In this document: positions 49,501 through 59,195 of the stretch, in pieces
Position numbering within the stretch: position 1 is the first letter of the stretch
Layout of the letters: each line of letters starts with the position of its first letter
From: Candidatus Cloacimonadales bacterium
GTDB lineage: Bacteria > Cloacimonadota > Cloacimonadia > Cloacimonadales > JAFGVF01
Reading direction: 5' to 3'
DNA: 64,000 nucleotides
NCBI GenBank assembly: GCA_963677495.2
Contig: CAXXOU010000001.1
Coordinates: 96,001-160,000 of the forward strand
Notes under the pieces: model-generated
What the model saw: the letters and a program-made list of their open reading frames with translations, nothing else
What the model was told of the DNA's origin: nothing
Database searches by the model: none
Program-made: the position numbers and the translations under genes

Positions 49501-49697
49501 CAGAGCAAGAGTTCCGTATCGATAGACTTCAGATATCGGAATCTGAGAAGTTGATTGTTATCGTAGATTATAAAACGGGTAGCATTAAAGATGAAGCTCA
49601 GCTTGATAACTACAAAGAGATAATTTCATCACTACCACATGTTAGAAATGGAGGATATAGAATTGAAACAGAATACATTAAAATCCATACTACCTGA
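46512..49697 (+). CDS. AddA/UvrD-like helicase-nuclease
   Basis: ASAGTGKT, AITFTRKA, DEFQDT, VGDEKQAIY.WR, SIHKSKGL, YVAMTRA, RIDRL..VDYKTG. Confidence 0.9.
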   Translation: MDNTFFKVITASAGTGKTYRLSLEYIRILIEYSKYDEFHYSQILAITFTRKATAEIKERIYQHLQLIYTNNKEAEILIANLENLLGRTISRDEIQSLKEIYLEMLLHKQDVHISTIDSFAGSIFNSVIAPWKGINEYEIDLNYNEEILPEILENLLRKGLITDEILAFLNNDLRIRPELHTRDLDNLITHRWQVHFLEKYDNTMSVENFKQAYLNYHDLVNNLMELILELHALKGKAGLESYIKPAIRQEFNSFSPLELPQIILSNFTDLDYLKENYRFVMKNITIYDGRRLRDKDLKALAQEVQTALADLLYYHVYLNEWIEIKNFWTNLLAEYDEMKLTSGKLTYSDITDYTFNYLYDKDISIVDANTGTVTNRFYEALSYRTRFLLFDEFQDTSIVQFKLFQPMIDEMISGSGTFPYGGVIIVGDEKQAIYQWRSGEMELINKLENIYDVQYSRLETCYRSSKSVIDFINEMFSSPSLNLVKDEMGIDWNYEDVMCARKNAHGSVAFKEYGYTTSSGSLQESFEQFVNEYLIPHIRVGNDYNCEGVAVIARTNRELTAIADLLTQSGISFIQESNNSLFKHHAITPILHLMDWIAYGDRLSLLKFFRSDLYMLPSDIMKEFLQNSHKLSDEKFNEYLNDLSAMDKIQALSEHQSNPFIFAIKVIEAFNFESIFKTDNEKKNLDKFLNIVHSFTTERHDYTNNLAGFLQYCIELEKEESNRQETVNNDNAITLISIHKSKGLAFKTVFFYSSVGTGIRHGSDLFVNYRFDDKYIGLTDYDISMRCREILKLTSKTDTIIRKELSEEIQELNAIYVAMTRAEDNLYLFYAVKQLKGGEPGADFRISKVIYSCAKHLLNNTEVVKNEFTKKIKEITHTKNQTNISHYFSPDKTELFEELKPENIMSKEELTALYITGKRNVIGSVVHHYLSFIEYNHKNDHEIALKQTISAYGNLIPYNELLSYVEVARRFVDTSPEVFSDKWDHVFNEYTIYHPQTEQEFRIDRLQISESEKLIVIVDYKTGSIKDEAQLDNYKEIISSLPHVRNGGYRIETEYIKIHTT

Positions 49698-50082
49698 TAC
49701 ATTGAAAGCAAATTATCTGATACTTATAGAAATCCCTATAGTAGTTATTCTTGGATTGTTATCAAAATTCTATCCCGGTCCTTATCGGGAGTGGGTAAAC
49801 AACTCTTTAGGTGGTGTGTTTTATGTTGTGTTCTTTATCTTGATTTTTGCACTCTTTGCCCGGAAGAACAGGATTTGGTTAGTAAGTCTCTCTGTTTTAC
49901 TTGTAACATCAGGTCTTGAGTTTTTGCAACTCTGGCAACCTCCCTTTCTACAAGCGATTAGAAGTACTTTTATAGGTCGTACTTTGATTGGTACGACATT
50001 CGTTCCGAGTGATTTCAGTTATTATGTAATAGGAGCAGTACTTGGCTATATATTGGCATACAACCTAAAGAAAGAAGTTTAA
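49639..50082 (+). CDS. DUF2809-like membrane protein
   Basis: EFLQLW..IRST.IGRTLIGTTF..SDF.YY.IG; start uncertain. Confidence 0.7.
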   Translation: MLEMEDIELKQNTLKSILPDTLKANYLILIEIPIVVILGLLSKFYPGPYREWVNNSLGGVFYVVFFILIFALFARKNRIWLVSLSVLLVTSGLEFLQLWQPPFLQAIRSTFIGRTLIGTTFVPSDFSYYVIGAVLGYILAYNLKKEV

Positions 50083-51134
50083 AGATCTGAAAATACTTCC
50101 ATCATAAACACATTCTGAGTTATATATAGTAGAACTAATGCTAAAATACAAGTAGCAATTGGAGTTATAATCCAACCTAAGGCTATCTTAAGAAGTACTT
50201 TCCCTTGTAAATTCTTACCACCTTTTGCCAAGCTGATACCAATCACAGCACCTACAATTGCTTGTGAGCTTGATACAGGCACAAGTGGTAATGATGGCAA
50301 ACCATGTGATGTTAGGAAGTTCTTTAATCCAACAGATGCGAACAGGAACATAGTAACGGACACAGCATATACAACTATCAAGGCAGTTACCGGAGATAGT
50401 TTATAGATGTCTGTACTAACTGTAGTCATTACCCTTTTAGAGTATGTGATTACACCGACAGCAATCGCAATTCCACCTAATAAGAAAAGCTGTTGAATAG
50501 AGCTTAATGTGAATAGGTTGAAAACGTTCAGTTCATTAAAAGGTGAAGCTTGGATAAACACACCCATAACATTACCAATATTATTGGCACCCAAGGAGTA
50601 GGAACCAAATGCTCCCACGATGATTAGTAGCCATCTTGTCCAGGAGTCAATTCTAAGCATGTGCCACTTACCATTATCCAGTATTAGTTTCACAATGAAG
50701 AACATAACGAAGGCCGTAAATGCTGTTAATACCGGTGAGAAAACCCATGACATTGCTATTTTACCTAGTACCGAATAGTCAGTAGCAGATTGGGTAAAGA
50801 TATTCCAGCCAATAATACCACCAATCACAGCTTGTGAAGTGGAAATTGGGATTCCTGACTTTGTCATTAGGAGTGAGACCAATGCAGTAGCGAGTGCAAC
50901 TGTGAATGCACCACCAAGGCTGTTTATCCCACCAAGTTTACCAATGGTTTGTGATGCTCCGGCACCACTTATTACTGCTCCAAGTACTACAAGAATACTG
51001 CATATTATTGCTGCAGTTCGGAACTTGACCATTCGAGTTCCAACTGCTGTCCCCCAGAAGTTAGCTGCATTATTGGCACCCAAAGACCAACCTAAAAAGA
51101 GTCCGCTTGAAAGATACATCAATATTACAAACAT
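50079..51134 (-). CDS. PiT-family inorganic phosphate transporter
   Basis: Two GANN signature repeats, PISTSQA, PVSSSQA. Confidence 0.92.
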   Translation of the reverse strand: MFVILMYLSSGLFLGWSLGANNAANFWGTAVGTRMVKFRTAAIICSILVVLGAVISGAGASQTIGKLGGINSLGGAFTVALATALVSLLMTKSGIPISTSQAVIGGIIGWNIFTQSATDYSVLGKIAMSWVFSPVLTAFTAFVMFFIVKLILDNGKWHMLRIDSWTRWLLIIVGAFGSYSLGANNIGNVMGVFIQASPFNELNVFNLFTLSSIQQLFLLGGIAIAVGVITYSKRVMTTVSTDIYKLSPVTALIVVYAVSVTMFLFASVGLKNFLTSHGLPSLPLVPVSSSQAIVGAVIGISLAKGGKNLQGKVLLKIALGWIITPIATCILALVLLYITQNVFMMEVFSDL

Positions 51135-51143
51135 TAATCCAAC

Positions 51144-51794
51144 CTATAGTTTGCGTTTTATTGCTGATATTTCAAGTCGTTCTGCTACTACTTCCGATTC
51201 ATCTGAAGGCAGTGCGATTCTATCAATAATATATCTTAAGTGTATCTTCTCACTCAGTTCAAGTTCTTTGGAATCAAATACTTTACGCTTGATTCTATCT
51301 TCCATCTTATCTGCTTCATGTTCATAGAAGTAAACTTTTCCAACAAAGTTACTTACAAGCTTAAGCTCTGTAAAAAATGCTCGTGAAGCATTGGCAACTG
51401 CTTCTACTGTCAATTGGGAAAATCTTGCCAACTCACCAAAGTCGTCTCTAACATTATCAGGAATATCCGGATGCTCAACTGATAGCTGTTCCATCACTTT
51501 ATGGCAAACATCAACTACATTATCAAGCGTTTCAAGTAACCCTAACACATCTCCTCTTGATTCCGGGATTAACATGTAAGCATAAAGTTTAACTTTAATA
51601 TCTCTTCTAAGTGCATCTGCTGCTTCCTCAATATCATTGAGCTCTGTTCTATACTCTTCAAACTTGTCTGTATCCCATGCTAAGTAAGCTTTCACACCTT
51701 CCAAGAATATTAGCCCTGAATGCTCAACATGAGCAAGAAAATGGTCAATCCCAATTTGTATCTCTTTTGTCCTGTCCGTAAATAGTTTCTGCAT
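51144..51794 (-). CDS. DUF47 / PhoU-like phosphate transport regulator
   Basis: EEAADALRR, EHEADKME; adjacent to pit. Confidence 0.88.
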   Translation of the reverse strand: MQKLFTDRTKEIQIGIDHFLAHVEHSGLIFLEGVKAYLAWDTDKFEEYRTELNDIEEAADALRRDIKVKLYAYMLIPESRGDVLGLLETLDNVVDVCHKVMEQLSVEHPDIPDNVRDDFGELARFSQLTVEAVANASRAFFTELKLVSNFVGKVYFYEHEADKMEDRIKRKVFDSKELELSEKIHLRYIIDRIALPSDESEVVAERLEISAIKRKL

Positions 51795-51895
51795 AAAACC
51801 TCCTGTATATAATATCCTCAAAGCTTGGATAGAGGCAAACAGCAATATATACTGATTACCATTTTAAGTGTCAAGCAGAAATTCGGTTCTTTAAT

Positions 51896-52876
51896 CTAAT
51901 AACTTGGTCTGATATTACTATGATGTAAGTATGGATCTAGTTGTGAGTCCTCAAGTGCTCTGGAAACAGGAACAATAAAGAAACTATGCTTTTTCTGCTT
52001 ATGCAAAGCCGGATAAAAGTCATACATCTTAATTGTCTCAACACCATGTTCGATATGGGTATCATCTATCTTCAAAGGTTTGGGAGTTGCTACTACAACA
52101 ATGACAGACTCATCTTTTAGAAGGTCATTTGCTTTGTATTTATCTATCTTATTGTTAGGAAAGAAGTTTCTACCTGCTTCACTAATCTCAGTAGCAATAC
52201 TGTATACTTTCAAATCATCAAGGTAAAGCATAAAGACAGATATATACGCCGGTTCATTGATAGTGTATTCAAGCTCAATTCCCTGCCTTTCTTCCAATAT
52301 AGTTGTACCGGAAACACACTGTAAGTTATATGGGTTATAGTCTTCAGCAACTATGTTAAAACTACATTCCATGTCTGCTGAAAAAGGTTTATTTCGAACA
52401 TTTGCACGTTTCGTTTTGCGCGTGCTTGTAAACAGTTCTTCATAAGCTGTAATTTTTGCTTTAGTTGTGTAGAGGGGGTATAGATAGACTAACCACTCTT
52501 CGAAGGTTTTGCTCCATGTAGATTTGGTAAAAGCTTTTCTGTTAGTGGATATGAGCTCTTCGAAATCATAATCAAGGTTATCTTTAATGTATCGTATAAT
52601 TGCATAGTTCAGAGCTCTTTTCTTGAATGGCTCTTTCTCATAATGAACTCGACTTACATTATACTGGTACTCGAATCCTCTTACTTTCACTGCCACTCTT
52701 GGATCATAAGTCATTGTGACAAAAATCAAACCTATAATCACTATCACTGCTGCAACTACTAAATGAGGAACGTAATCTATCAGATATTCAAACTTCTTTC
52801 TCTTCTCTTCTTCCTCTTCTTCAGGTTTATCTTGATTCTCATTAAATTCTAACATGCAAAACTCCATTGTTTTCAT
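51896..52876 (-). CDS. Hypothetical single-TM protein (C-terminus possibly DUF4384-like)
   Basis: Long ORF, one hydrophobic segment, NEPAYISVF..FFPN. Confidence 0.55.
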   Translation of the reverse strand: MKTMEFCMLEFNENQDKPEEEEEEKRKKFEYLIDYVPHLVVAAVIVIIGLIFVTMTYDPRVAVKVRGFEYQYNVSRVHYEKEPFKKRALNYAIIRYIKDNLDYDFEELISTNRKAFTKSTWSKTFEEWLVYLYPLYTTKAKITAYEELFTSTRKTKRANVRNKPFSADMECSFNIVAEDYNPYNLQCVSGTTILEERQGIELEYTINEPAYISVFMLYLDDLKVYSIATEISEAGRNFFPNNKIDKYKANDLLKDESVIVVVATPKPLKIDDTHIEHGVETIKMYDFYPALHKQKKHSFFIVPVSRALEDSQLDPYLHHSNIRPSY

Positions 52877-52985
52877 TCCTGATTATTGTTAATGTCTATA
52901 GTTTACTGTCAATCATTAATCCTCCTCCTTAAGAATACACTTTAGATTTTCCAAGGATTAACCCGTGGTCGGGAATCAGAGATCT

Positions 52986-53336
52986 GCCTATCATCAGCCC
53001 CTCATAATGCGGTACTAATAATTGTCTTCTTCTGCCTAGTTTCAAGACCTTCTCTTATGATTTTGCCCTAGGGAGCCCCAAGAGACTCACAGGAATCGGA
53101 CAATTTTCTCTGCTTTATTATGATAGAGCAATGAGAGGATAATTATATTGCACTCATTGTCTTGTGCCTGGTTACTATTGTTCCGGATTACTCGATTTGT
53201 GGACATAGTAGACGGGAGTGGACTTAGTGTTTGATTGCTCTCTCACAATAATAATCTAACATGTATTTCTTAGTCATTAGAAAGCAATCCCATACCCATT
53301 CGCTGTAACGGGGATCTAACGGGAAGCTAACGGGGA
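52986..53336. repeat. ~350-bp dispersed non-coding repeat, copy 2, ending in three TAACGGG units
   Basis: Similar to 2914-3265; units at 53306, 53317, 53328. Confidence 0.85.
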
Positions 53337-53396
53337 TTCAATAGGTGTCTCATTGGAATTAAGGCAGAGCAGTACATCGAAATTGCACGTCGAAAC

Positions 53397-53886
53397 GTAG
53401 GACATGCTGCCAGCTTGTCCGCTTAGCGTAGCTAAGCCCCGCCACTGACGTTAATTGGCATAAACTACTAAAGTTCTTTAGTAATTATTATCAAGTTCTG
53501 TCTCGGGGAATACAGCTCTGTCGAGCTGTGAGCAAGCAGGCTGCATGCCCTACAATTTTACATGTAATACTGATGTACCTTCCAGCTCTGAAAGAGCGAT
53601 TGTTTAATAGCCCCATGCGACAACTTGTCGCTTGGGGTTAAAGATCTCGGACATTGTTCTAGCCCTGAAGGGGCGTAAGAGCTCAAACGTGTTAATCTTT
53701 CGCCTCTATAGGGCTACAATCTTCTTTTATGACATTACCACATGCCAAAGCATGTGGCTATTGAACAGACGCCTTTTCAAGGCTAAATCAAAATAAGAGA
53801 GTTGCTTACAAGTGAGGCACTCGCACTACTTTCTAGCCCTAAAGGGGCTGAAAATTAATAACCTCGGGCTTTGTGAACCCGGGGTC
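53397..53886. repeat. Cluster of REP-like palindromes (GTAG-type pair and AGCCCTGAAGGGGC-type units)
   Basis: GTAGGACATGCTGCCAGCTTGTCC (53397) with inverted partner at 53530-53553; AGC(T/C)CT(G/A)AA.G.GC units at 53584, 53661, 53835 and inverted ones at 53701, 53770. Confidence 0.7.
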
Positions 53887-53896
53887 GTGTACTCCC

Positions 53897-53930
53897 CAAA
53901 AAAAAGGGTGCAACATTGTTGCACCCAAAA
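53897..53930 (-). terminator. Intrinsic terminator of ffh
   Basis: GGGTGCAAC-ATT-GTTGCACCC with A8 on its left (U-tract on the minus strand). Confidence 0.8.
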
Positions 53931-53945
53931 GATAGATTACATGTC

Positions 53946-55268
53946 CTAGAATTGTAGATTCTTAAACTGTTTAGCGAACTTAGGGTTGTTCATCTTCTTC
54001 ATCATCTTCTTCATATCTTCAAAGTTGCGAAGCAGGCGGTTTACTTCCTGAACAGGGCGTCCGGCACCGAGAGCAATACGTTTACGTCTTGAACCGTTTA
54101 GGACTTGTGGTTTCTCACGTTCTCTATTTGTCATAGACTTGATAATAGCTTCAATATGTGCTAATTGCTTTTCATCGATGTTGACATTCTTCATCATCTT
54201 TGAGTTAACACCAGGAATCATCTTCATGATAGAATCAAGTGGACCTAGTTTCTTTATATGCTGTAACTGACTAAGGAAATCGTTAAGGTCAAACTTGTTC
54301 TTTTGCATCTTCTTTGCGAGTTTCTCTGCTTCTTCTTCATCAAAAGCTTCTTCCGCTTTTTCGATAAGGCTAAGAACATCACCCATACCGAGAATTCTAG
54401 ATGCCATTCTGTCTGCATGGAAGAGTTCAAGGTCACTAACCTTTTCTCCCATACCAACGAAGACTACAGGTTTACCGGTAACTGCTTTAATAGAAAGAGC
54501 TGCACCACCACGGGCATCACCATCAAGCTTTGTAAGGATAACCCCATGGAAGTCCATCTTGTCATTGAACTCTTTGGCAACTGTTACAGCATCCTGACCT
54601 GTCATAGAATCTGCTACGAAGAAGATGTAATCAGGTTTAATCTGCTGTTTAAGATTATAAATCTCATCCATCATATCCCCGTCAATATGCAAGCGACCGG
54701 CAGTATCGAAGATAAGGAGATTAGTCATCTCTCTGTCAGCAGCTTTAAGAGCTTTGTCAGCTATCTTAGTAACATTATTGCTATCGTCATGGATTACAGG
54801 AATATTAATCTGCTTACCTAAAACCTGAAGCTGATGAACAGCAGCAGGACGATAGATATCACATGCAACCATCATTGGTTTAATCTTTTTCTTTCTATAA
54901 TAACTTGAAAGCTTTGCACATGCAGTAGTTTTACCTGAACCTTGAAGACCAACAAGCATAACTTTAGTTAACTTATTGTCATATACATTCAGGTTAAAAC
55001 CATCTGTGTCCATGAGTTTAACAAGTTGTTCATTAACTATCTTCACTACCTGCTGACCCGGAGTTAGAGATTTCATAACCTCTTGTCCCATTGCACGCTC
55101 TTGAACAGCTTTCACAAAGTTCTTAACAATCTTATAGTTCACATCAGCTTCAAGAAGAGCCATGCGAATCTCTTTCATAGAGTCTTTTATGTTTTGTTCT
55201 GAAAGGACGCCACGACCCTTAAGTTTCTTAAAAACACCTTCCAGCTTTTCACTTAAATCATTAAACAT
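53946..55268 (-). CDS. ffh: Signal recognition particle protein
   Basis: GLQGSGKTT, DTAGR, TKLDGDARGG, Met-rich M domain. Confidence 0.98.
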   Translation of the reverse strand: MFNDLSEKLEGVFKKLKGRGVLSEQNIKDSMKEIRMALLEADVNYKIVKNFVKAVQERAMGQEVMKSLTPGQQVVKIVNEQLVKLMDTDGFNLNVYDNKLTKVMLVGLQGSGKTTACAKLSSYYRKKKIKPMMVACDIYRPAAVHQLQVLGKQINIPVIHDDSNNVTKIADKALKAADREMTNLLIFDTAGRLHIDGDMMDEIYNLKQQIKPDYIFFVADSMTGQDAVTVAKEFNDKMDFHGVILTKLDGDARGGAALSIKAVTGKPVVFVGMGEKVSDLELFHADRMASRILGMGDVLSLIEKAEEAFDEEEAEKLAKKMQKNKFDLNDFLSQLQHIKKLGPLDSIMKMIPGVNSKMMKNVNIDEKQLAHIEAIIKSMTNREREKPQVLNGSRRKRIALGAGRPVQEVNRLLRNFEDMKKMMKKMNNPKFAKQFKNLQF

Positions 55269-55271
55269 TAT

Positions 55272-55919
55272 TTATCCTTTCAATAACTGATTAACCTGAT
55301 TAGAGTAAGGTTTACTCTTAAATACGAATGAACCTGCAACAAGAAGTTCAACACCTGCATCGATAAGTTCTTGTACATTATCAGCGCAAACACCACCATC
55401 AATCTCAATTAACAGGTTTGGATTATACTTCGCTTTGTACTGATTGAGTAGTTCTAACTTCTCATATACTACAGGAAGGAACTTCTGACCGCCAAAACCG
55501 GGGTTTACGCTCATTATTAAGACAAAGTCAAGGTCACAGACTAAATGCTTGATAGTTTCTACAGGAGTAGCCGGATTTAAAGCAATACCAGCTTTACATC
55601 CAAGTTCCTTAATCTCCATAACTGCACGCTGTGCATGGAAGACAGTTTCCTGATGGAATGATATATACTTAACACCCATTTCTGCTAATGGTTTGAAGTA
55701 ATCCTGCGGATTAGTCACCATTAGATGAGCATCCAAATCAAGGTCAGTTGCTTTTCTAATAGATTTAATAACAGGCATACCAAAAGTAAGGTTGGGGACA
55801 AAGTGTCCATCCATAACGTCAAGGTGCAGAATTTTAATACCTGCATCTTTAAGAGCTTTCATTTCATCTTTAAGTATACTGAAATCAGCTGATAACAGAG
55901 AGGGAAGTATTTTAGGCAT
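55272..55919 (-). CDS. rpe: Ribulose-phosphate 3-epimerase
   Basis: HLDVMDGHFVPN, MSVNPGFGGQ, IDGG. Confidence 0.97.
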   Translation of the reverse strand: MPKILPSLLSADFSILKDEMKALKDAGIKILHLDVMDGHFVPNLTFGMPVIKSIRKATDLDLDAHLMVTNPQDYFKPLAEMGVKYISFHQETVFHAQRAVMEIKELGCKAGIALNPATPVETIKHLVCDLDFVLIMSVNPGFGGQKFLPVVYEKLELLNQYKAKYNPNLLIEIDGGVCADNVQELIDAGVELLVAGSFVFKSKPYSNQVNQLLKG

Positions 55920-56210
55920 TTAACTACTCTTTATATAATAAACTATATCTTTGATTTTACCTCTGTGTTCTCTATTAAGTCTTTCAAGAATAAGAGGTTT
56001 GTTAAGAGACAATTCCTGTAACCATACGCTATTGGTAACACCAACATACAGGATATGATTATGGAATCGCTCAACAGAAGAACGCTCTGCCATGGTTGAG
56101 CCGACGACTCTTTCCCAGGACAGAGCGAATAATACTAGATCTTTATATCTGTCCCCGGCAATTTTTAGCAGTAGACTTTTGACGCCTCTGCCGGCGTTTT
56201 GCCAGGACAT
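55920..56210 (-). CDS. DUF721/DciA-family protein
   Basis: W..VVG..MAERS..LYVGVTNSVWLQEL..K..ILERLN. Confidence 0.75.
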   Translation of the reverse strand: MSWQNAGRGVKSLLLKIAGDRYKDLVLFALSWERVVGSTMAERSSVERFHNHILYVGVTNSVWLQELSLNKPLILERLNREHRGKIKDIVYYIKSS

Positions 56211-56215
56211 ATAGA

Positions 56216-57577
56216 TTATCTTTTCTTTGTTGTGATGAGAGAGAGTCCCAACCAACTAAGAATTGCGATTGCAACAGCTACGAAATAAACAGTTCCAAGA
56301 GTATTGGAAGTTGCGTCGTAAGGTTTGATTGCAATAGCAGGGAGACAAGAGATTACGATAAGAATAAGATATCCAACATAGCCAAGCGCCTTGTTAGGAG
56401 TCTTAGGTTCAGTGTTCTCTTTACCTCCGAGCTGATGTCTGATACCTTTAGAAAGGTTAATCATAACAACAGCAGCAGCACCAATAGCTACAACAACTGC
56501 AGTAAGCAGTGTTACAACTGTTAAAGCTCCTCCGGAAATCTCAGCGAGTTTATCACTGAAATGAACTTTCTGGAGTGTATATGCAGGCATATAAATAGCT
56601 GCAAATGTAGAAACAGCGCCTATAGCTCTAAATATCCACACTTTGATATTACTTTCTTCATTACCACGTTTATGCTTCATAACAAGTGATGCATAAATTC
56701 CACCGAAAACGATGAGGAAGAAGAAGAAATAAAGAGCGAACATAGACTTTGGATTATCAGTTACGAGTACGAGACAAACCATTACTATGAAAAGAAGAAC
56801 ATTAACTAAAATATTTCCAACCATAAACATAGTTTTGTTTGGAGCTTTATCTTTACCACCACTAAGTTTAGTAGAGAGGAAGAATAAAGCAAAAACAATA
56901 GCAAAGAAGATGCCGTACATAACAACACCTGAGCCAGGGTTATCTGTAACAACACCGATAGCAGCAAGAATAACAAAGAGAATTGCTATAGCTGCGATTC
57001 TTTGAATCATGAAGACAGTTGGATTAGTCTTCTTGAGCTCATGTTTCTGAGATTTAACAGAATAAAAAGCAAGTGCAAACACAGCTGCAAATACTACAAG
57101 CCAGACGAAAAACTTCCCGGTTTTTTTACCTGCTAATTTGGCTTTCATCTCTTCAGGTGTTAATGCTTGAAGATCAGATAAGACTTTTGAAAGTTCACCA
57201 TTTTGATTGATTACTTTCTCACCATTCATTAAGCTGGTGTAATTTAGCATGAACCAATCATTATTATGCCAGAACATATCTTCAGTCTGCAAGATATTAG
57301 TTCCATCTTTACTGATTAAAACTTTTGAGAAAAGTTTTTCAACTGCAAGCTGGGAACCATCCATCTCCTCATTTGAAGGTCTATCTGAAGCATCATTCTT
57401 ATAGAATCTGCCTTTATAGACTATACCACTATATGAATCAGTATAGCTATCAAAGGAAACATCATAAGAATCATTGCCGGTAACATTGAGATCTTTGTAA
57501 CCGGTTGTCAGATTACCAAATGAGAAAGCAAAGACTAAAATTATGGCAAGCCATATAATAATCTGTTTTATATTCAT
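56216..57577 (-). CDS. Hypothetical polytopic membrane protein with N-terminal extracytoplasmic domain
   Basis: Signal/TM, ~130-aa soluble domain, many TM helices, internal TDNP repeat. Confidence 0.7.
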   Translation of the reverse strand: MNIKQIIIWLAIILVFAFSFGNLTTGYKDLNVTGNDSYDVSFDSYTDSYSGIVYKGRFYKNDASDRPSNEEMDGSQLAVEKLFSKVLISKDGTNILQTEDMFWHNNDWFMLNYTSLMNGEKVINQNGELSKVLSDLQALTPEEMKAKLAGKKTGKFFVWLVVFAAVFALAFYSVKSQKHELKKTNPTVFMIQRIAAIAILFVILAAIGVVTDNPGSGVVMYGIFFAIVFALFFLSTKLSGGKDKAPNKTMFMVGNILVNVLLFIVMVCLVLVTDNPKSMFALYFFFFLIVFGGIYASLVMKHKRGNEESNIKVWIFRAIGAVSTFAAIYMPAYTLQKVHFSDKLAEISGGALTVVTLLTAVVVAIGAAAVVMINLSKGIRHQLGGKENTEPKTPNKALGYVGYLILIVISCLPAIAIKPYDATSNTLGTVYFVAVAIAILSWLGLSLITTKKR

Positions 57578-57622
57578 TAAAACCTCCGGGTTTATTAATT
57601 TCCAATTATTAAAGAAATTATG

Positions 57623-58072
57623 CTATTCCTCTTCGGCTTGAACAGTCACAGTAATATTTGCTTTGATTTCGTTATTCATCTCCACAACCAACTCCTGTGA
57701 GCCTAATTCTTTAATGTGCTTTTCAAGAGTCAGATTGTTTTTATTGATGTCAATATCTTTTTCTTTAAGAGCTTGAATGATATCGAATTCAGAAACTGAA
57801 CCATAAAGGTGGCCATTTTCATCAACTTTTCTATCGAAAGTAAGTTCCATTCCTTCAAGTTTAGCCGCAATCTCTTTCATTGCAAGAGCTTCTTTCTCTC
57901 TAATAGTAGCTGCATCAGCTTCAATCTTTTCGATTTTCTTCAAGTTACCAGGGGTTGCAAGAATAGCAAAGCCCTGAGGTAATAAATAGTTTCTGGCGTA
58001 TCCGTTTTTTACTTCAACCACCGCACCGGCATTACCAAGTCTGTGTATATCTTTAACTAAGATGATTTTCAT
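57623..58072 (-). CDS. rplI: 50S ribosomal protein L9
   Basis: VKNGYARNYLLP, LYGSV. Confidence 0.97.
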   Translation of the reverse strand: MKIILVKDIHRLGNAGAVVEVKNGYARNYLLPQGFAILATPGNLKKIEKIEADAATIREKEALAMKEIAAKLEGMELTFDRKVDENGHLYGSVSEFDIIQALKEKDIDINKNNLTLEKHIKELGSQELVVEMNNEIKANITVTVQAEEE

Positions 58073-58934
58073 CTAAGTCCTCCTTAGTATATATTTTTCT
58101 GAAATTAAACCAGACGTCAAAGAGTCCGGTAAATGTTATAACAATTAGCATATATGGATTCAGCATCAATGCGATGATCAGTATGAATCTTAAAACAACT
58201 GTTTTTGCTAAAAACCTGCCCCAATAGAAATCTAAAACAGAAATTCCTTGTATTAGATAAACCGGAGCGAGAATCAGCAAAAGATTCATTGGGTAAGTTT
58301 TATCGGGAAGGAACAGAAAAGCTATTAGCGTAATCAAGAGTAAATAAATAGATTCATAAGGCATCTTTATAAGCTTATGATTCCAAAATATTATCTTTGA
58401 TTTCGATAAAGCTACTGCACCAAGATAAGCGCCCATTATCGCTGAACATGTCCAGATTGCAGGATTGAAACTTCTGTAAGATTCAATAATTGAACCGATC
58501 ATGAGATCAAAATCTGATTCACTGATTCCACTGTTAACAACATAACTCCTAACAGTTGCTGCTGATTCGCTCATTGAGTTCAGTAACAAATCCATGAGGA
58601 AAAATTGTCTGAAAACAGAATACAGTAGCGAGAACAATCCGAATGATAGTATTGCATATTCAAATTTCTTAAACTTAAGTAGTGTTAAGAATAGAATCAA
58701 AGAACCTATTCCAACACCAACTACTGAGTCAAGAGTTGAAGCAACAACCATTCGACTATCTTCTGCTAAAAAGTAACTTGTACCAATAGCAGTAGCACTG
58801 AACAATGCTAAATACACATATATTTGGCGATAGCTTTTAACTACGTATCTACCACCAATACCTATGAGAAAGATCAAGCCCAAAAAGGGTGAAACGGCTG
58901 CCACTAGAGCAGCCAACACGGCTGACAGAATCAC
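58053..58934 (-). CDS. DUF2232/YybS membrane protein
   Basis: Polytopic, QGISV, GLFDVWFNFRK; usual position between rpsR and rplI. Confidence 0.85.
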   Translation of the reverse strand: MILSAVLAALVAAVSPFLGLIFLIGIGGRYVVKSYRQIYVYLALFSATAIGTSYFLAEDSRMVVASTLDSVVGVGIGSLILFLTLLKFKKFEYAILSFGLFSLLYSVFRQFFLMDLLLNSMSESAATVRSYVVNSGISESDFDLMIGSIIESYRSFNPAIWTCSAIMGAYLGAVALSKSKIIFWNHKLIKMPYESIYLLLITLIAFLFLPDKTYPMNLLLILAPVYLIQGISVLDFYWGRFLAKTVVLRFILIIALMLNPYMLIVITFTGLFDVWFNFRKIYTKEDLDENHLS

Positions 58935-58939
58935 CTTAA

Positions 58940-59176
58940 TTAATCAATAATGTAAGGGATTAATGCCATTTGGCGTGCACGCTTGATTTCACTGGCTAAT
59001 TTGCGCTGATGCTTCGCACAAGTACCTGTTAAACGTGCCGGTTCGATTTTACCAACTTCATTTACGTATCTGCGTAACATCTCGAAGTTTTTATAATCTA
59101 ATTTAAGCTCCGGGTCTTTGCAGAATTGACATACTTTTTTGCGTGTAAAACGTTTTCTTCTTTTTATATAAGCCAT
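58940..59176 (-). CDS. rpsR: 30S ribosomal protein S18
   Basis: CQFC, DYKN, TGTCAKHQR, IKRAR. Confidence 0.97.
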   Translation of the reverse strand: MAYIKRRKRFTRKKVCQFCKDPELKLDYKNFEMLRRYVNEVGKIEPARLTGTCAKHQRKLASEIKRARQMALIPYIID

Positions 59177-59195
59177 TTATTAACTCCTGTATTTA

